17,548 bases of DNA from NCBI GenBank assembly GCA_043823065.1, contig JBDRBB010000024.1, forward strand, positions 1 to 17,548, written 5' to 3'. Position 1 is the first letter of the stretch. Every line of letters begins with the position of its first letter. Below are positions 15,453-17,548 of the stretch, in pieces. Position numbers and translations under genes: made by a program. The stretch comes from Pseudomonadota bacterium. Lineage in GTDB: Bacteria > UBA10199 > 2-02-FULL-44-16 > DYJF01. The notes beneath the pieces are model-generated. The model had not been told where the DNA came from, did not search any database, and saw only the letters and a list, made by a program, of their open reading frames with translations.

Positions 15453-15643
15453 TACCCCCTGCGAGGTGCGTGCTTAGGTATTAAAAAATTTATTAAACCG
15501 ATAAATTTTTTTTGGGGGTTGTCCCTAATCGTGGTGAGCAAGCCCCTGCCAGAAAGAAGGGGAAGCCTAAAGCGATGAAATGACTCCCACCTGTGAAGAG
15601 CAGGGTTTAAAAATTACGATACCACACGGCTTTTGTGGGGGAT
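15453..15643 (+). ncRNA. ssrS: 6S RNA
   Basis: About 190 nt. Terminal stem CCCCCTGCGAG.../...TTTGTGGGGG, GTGCGTG / CACACGGC pairing, AAACC / GGGTTT around a central bubble, and CCCACCTG near the 3' bubble. Canonical synteny between zapA and ygfA. Confidence 0.88.
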
Positions 15644-15647
15644 TTTT

Positions 15648-15674
15648 TATTTTGCTGACATAGTCAGCAAAATA
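15648..15674. terminator. Hairpin directly after 6S RNA (terminator or processing signal)
   Basis: TATTTTGCTGAC-ata-GTCAGCAAAATA, a perfect 12-bp stem. Confidence 0.55.
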
Positions 15675-15694
15675 TCCCGAGCTTGTCGAGGGAT
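15674..15694. repeat. REP-like half element
   Basis: ATCCCGAGCTTGTCGAGGGAT shares the GAGCTTGTCGA core with the 10535-10549 arm. Confidence 0.6.
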
Positions 15695-15986
15695 GTACAT
15701 TAAATATTGAAATATTTTTTGAGTATGTATATAGTTTGAAGAATTGAAGATAAAAAAGAAAGCGCTGGAAAAGAAAGGGTTGCTTAACATTTAAGAAATA
15801 TAGATTATTGGGTAATAAATAATTTTTGTAGTAATATGAAAAAGAATAATTTTATTAACAATTTAGCTTGTAAAATAAGAAACATATCCCAATTAAACTA
15901 TCATAAATAGTTATTAAACCCTTTCTATATCTTCTAGTCTTTCTTTCACTTTAAAAATACTGTTTTTAATTTGTGTGGAGTTTTTC

Positions 15987-16550
15987 ATGGAAACCAATCC
16001 ACAGCTTTATGATCAGATGATGTCAACTCTTCAGGAATTAAAGTCAAGTTTTGTTACTGAAGCCAGCACTATCATTCAGAAAAGAGTTTTGCTAATGGAG
16101 GAGTTTCGTACTGCTTTAAGGGTTGGGTTATATGCTCCGTTTGGTAATGAGGTTAAGACAGATATGTTATTTACAGAGGGGGATAGAAACCGCAAAGAGC
16201 TTTATTATCCAGTGCGAGATGCAAAAAATGAACGCTTGGTTTTTTTTCGCATATCTAATCTAGCTGAACTTAGACCTAGTTTAGGTGGCATTCATCAGTT
16301 AATCGGAGCAACTAGTGGTTTAAGGGATGTTAATACTTTAGAAACACTTATTATAACAGGTTTGGCATTTGATCTCCATGGTGGAAGATTAGGTTTTAGT
16401 AAAGGAATTTTTGATCAGACCCTATTGGATTTTCGGGGGAAGCGTATTGCTATAGCCTATGATTTTCAGATTGTTCCTCAATTACCAATGGTGCTTCGAA
16501 AACAAAAAGTGGATCTGATTATTACAGAGTCTAGGGTAATTCGTTGCTAA
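15987..16550 (+). CDS. 5-formyltetrahydrofolate cyclo-ligase (YgfA/Fau) homologue, divergent
   Basis: YAPFGNEV, YYPV, GLAFDLHGGRLG, IAIAYDFQIV and VDLIITE. Position after 6S RNA. ATG 15987 with SD GGAG. Confidence 0.85.
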   Translation: METNPQLYDQMMSTLQELKSSFVTEASTIIQKRVLLMEEFRTALRVGLYAPFGNEVKTDMLFTEGDRNRKELYYPVRDAKNERLVFFRISNLAELRPSLGGIHQLIGATSGLRDVNTLETLIITGLAFDLHGGRLGFSKGIFDQTLLDFRGKRIAIAYDFQIVPQLPMVLRKQKVDLIITESRVIRC

Positions 16551-16592
16551 ACTTATTACTTTAGACTTTGAACTGATTTTAGGAGGTGTCTG

Positions 16593-17548
16593 ATGGCACC
16601 ATATATTTGGCAAATTATTATTGGTATCATCGCGTTAGCAGGTGGTTTGGGTTTAGGGCTATTAATTCGACGTAAGATTGATAAACAATTGGTGCAAAAT
16701 GCGCAAAGCAGAGCTGAAAATATTTTAAAGGAAGCTGAGCAAGAATCTAAAAATACTAGAAAGGAAGCAGAGCTTGAGGCAAAAGACATTCGCCTAAAGG
16801 CTAAGACAGAAACAGATCGCGAAGTTGCTGAAAAACAAAAAGAGTTACAGGTAGTAGAAAAAAGATTGCAGGTCAAAGAAGATAATTTGGAAAAAAGAAT
16901 CAATCTGGTGATGGCTAAGGAAGATGAGCTTGGTAAACAAGAACAAAGCATTAAAGACCGCAAACAACATATAGAAGATTTGGAAAAGCGGCATATGGAA
17001 TTAGTTTCTGAGGCTAGACGCAAGTTGGAAAAAATAGCTGGGGTGTCAGCTGAAGAAGCCAAAAAGCTTTTACGCGAATCTCTGCAAGATGAAGCCAAGC
17101 AAGAAGCTGCTAAGATGATCAAAGAAATAGAAGATAAAGCTAAAGAAGAAGCCAAGAAAAAGTCACAATATATTATTAGTTTGGCTATAGAACGTATGGC
17201 TTCGGAATACACCGCAGAAAGGTCTATTTCAGTTGTTCCTTTGCCTAATGATGAAATGAAAGGTCGAATCATTGGTAGAGAGGGGCGTAATATCAGGGCG
17301 TTGGAAGCAGCAACTGGCATCGATTTTGTAATAGATGATACTCCTGAAGCAGTAGTTTTATCAGGATTTAATCCAATTCGCAGAGAAATAGCTCGGGTGA
17401 CCTTAGAAAATTTAATTGCCGATGGTCGTATCCATCCCACGCGAATTGAAGAAATGGTAGCTAAAGTCACTAAAGAAATTGAAACAACTGTCAAAGAGAC
17501 TGGTGAACAAACTGCAGTTGATCTTAACATTAATAATCTTCATCCAGA
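16593..17548 (+). CDS. rny: Ribonuclease Y (3'-truncated by window edge; absent from ORF track)
   Basis: SD AGGAGG, ATG 16593. N-terminal TM (MAPYIWQIIIGIIALAGGLGLGLLIRR), coiled coil, and KH region VVPLPNDEMKGRIIGREGRNIRALEAATGIDFVIDDTPEAVVLSGFNPIRREIA...DGRIHPTRIEE. Confidence 0.97.
   Translation, partial: MAPYIWQIIIGIIALAGGLGLGLLIRRKIDKQLVQNAQSRAENILKEAEQESKNTRKEAELEAKDIRLKAKTETDREVAEKQKELQVVEKRLQVKEDNLEKRINLVMAKEDELGKQEQSIKDRKQHIEDLEKRHMELVSEARRKLEKIAGVSAEEAKKLLRESLQDEAKQEAAKMIKEIEDKAKEEAKKKSQYIISLAIERMASEYTAERSISVVPLPNDEMKGRIIGREGRNIRALEAATGIDFVIDDTPEAVVLSGFNPIRREIARVTLENLIADGRIHPTRIEEMVAKVTKEIETTVKETGEQTAVDLNINNLHP

Noticed and set aside
15836..15910. 24-codon ORF (MKKNNFINNL...) in the 6S-ygfA gap
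   Set aside because: No SD. It is short and expected by chance in very AT-rich DNA.
16556..17530. 324-aa minus-strand ORF in the track
   Set aside because: It is the antisense shadow of rny. The plus strand from 16593 has an SD and unmistakable RNase Y motifs.

Overview
AT-rich bacterial chromosomal segment. Gene content and the C-terminal sorting-signal type suggest a deltaproteobacterial (Myxococcota/Bdellovibrionota-like) lineage; this is inference. The housekeeping backbone is purL (5'-truncated)-purF-NAD-dependent epimerase; dcd-nuoI-dnaJ/cbpA on the minus strand; mtgA; tRNA-Glu(TTC); pgi; a membrane protein plus PlsC-family acyltransferase; a crotonase; and zapA-6S RNA-ygfA-like-rny (rny is 3'-truncated and missing from the ORF track). 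Single orphan genes are scattered between these. Main observations: (1) a fixed-spacing motif GCAAC(A/T)TTTT..(G/A/T)(C/G)CGA(T/A)AA, resembling a sigma-28/FliA promoter with an altered -35, lies upstream of four orphan or surface-protein genes and none of the housekeeping genes; (2) three signal-peptide-less orphans contain only 3 Lys in 585 aa, against about 9% Lys in neighbouring MtgA, which suggests a co-regulated class of lysine-depleted effector-like proteins; (3) a GACCAT(A/T) heptamer repeat family forms intergenic hairpins and a terminator and also encodes part of a lipoprotein signal peptide; (4) several REP-like palindromes occur, one enclosing six 20-bp tandem units; (5) two long AT-rich imperfect inverted repeats occur, and the YgfA homologue looks catalytically degenerate. 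No CRISPR array, transposase or integrase was seen.
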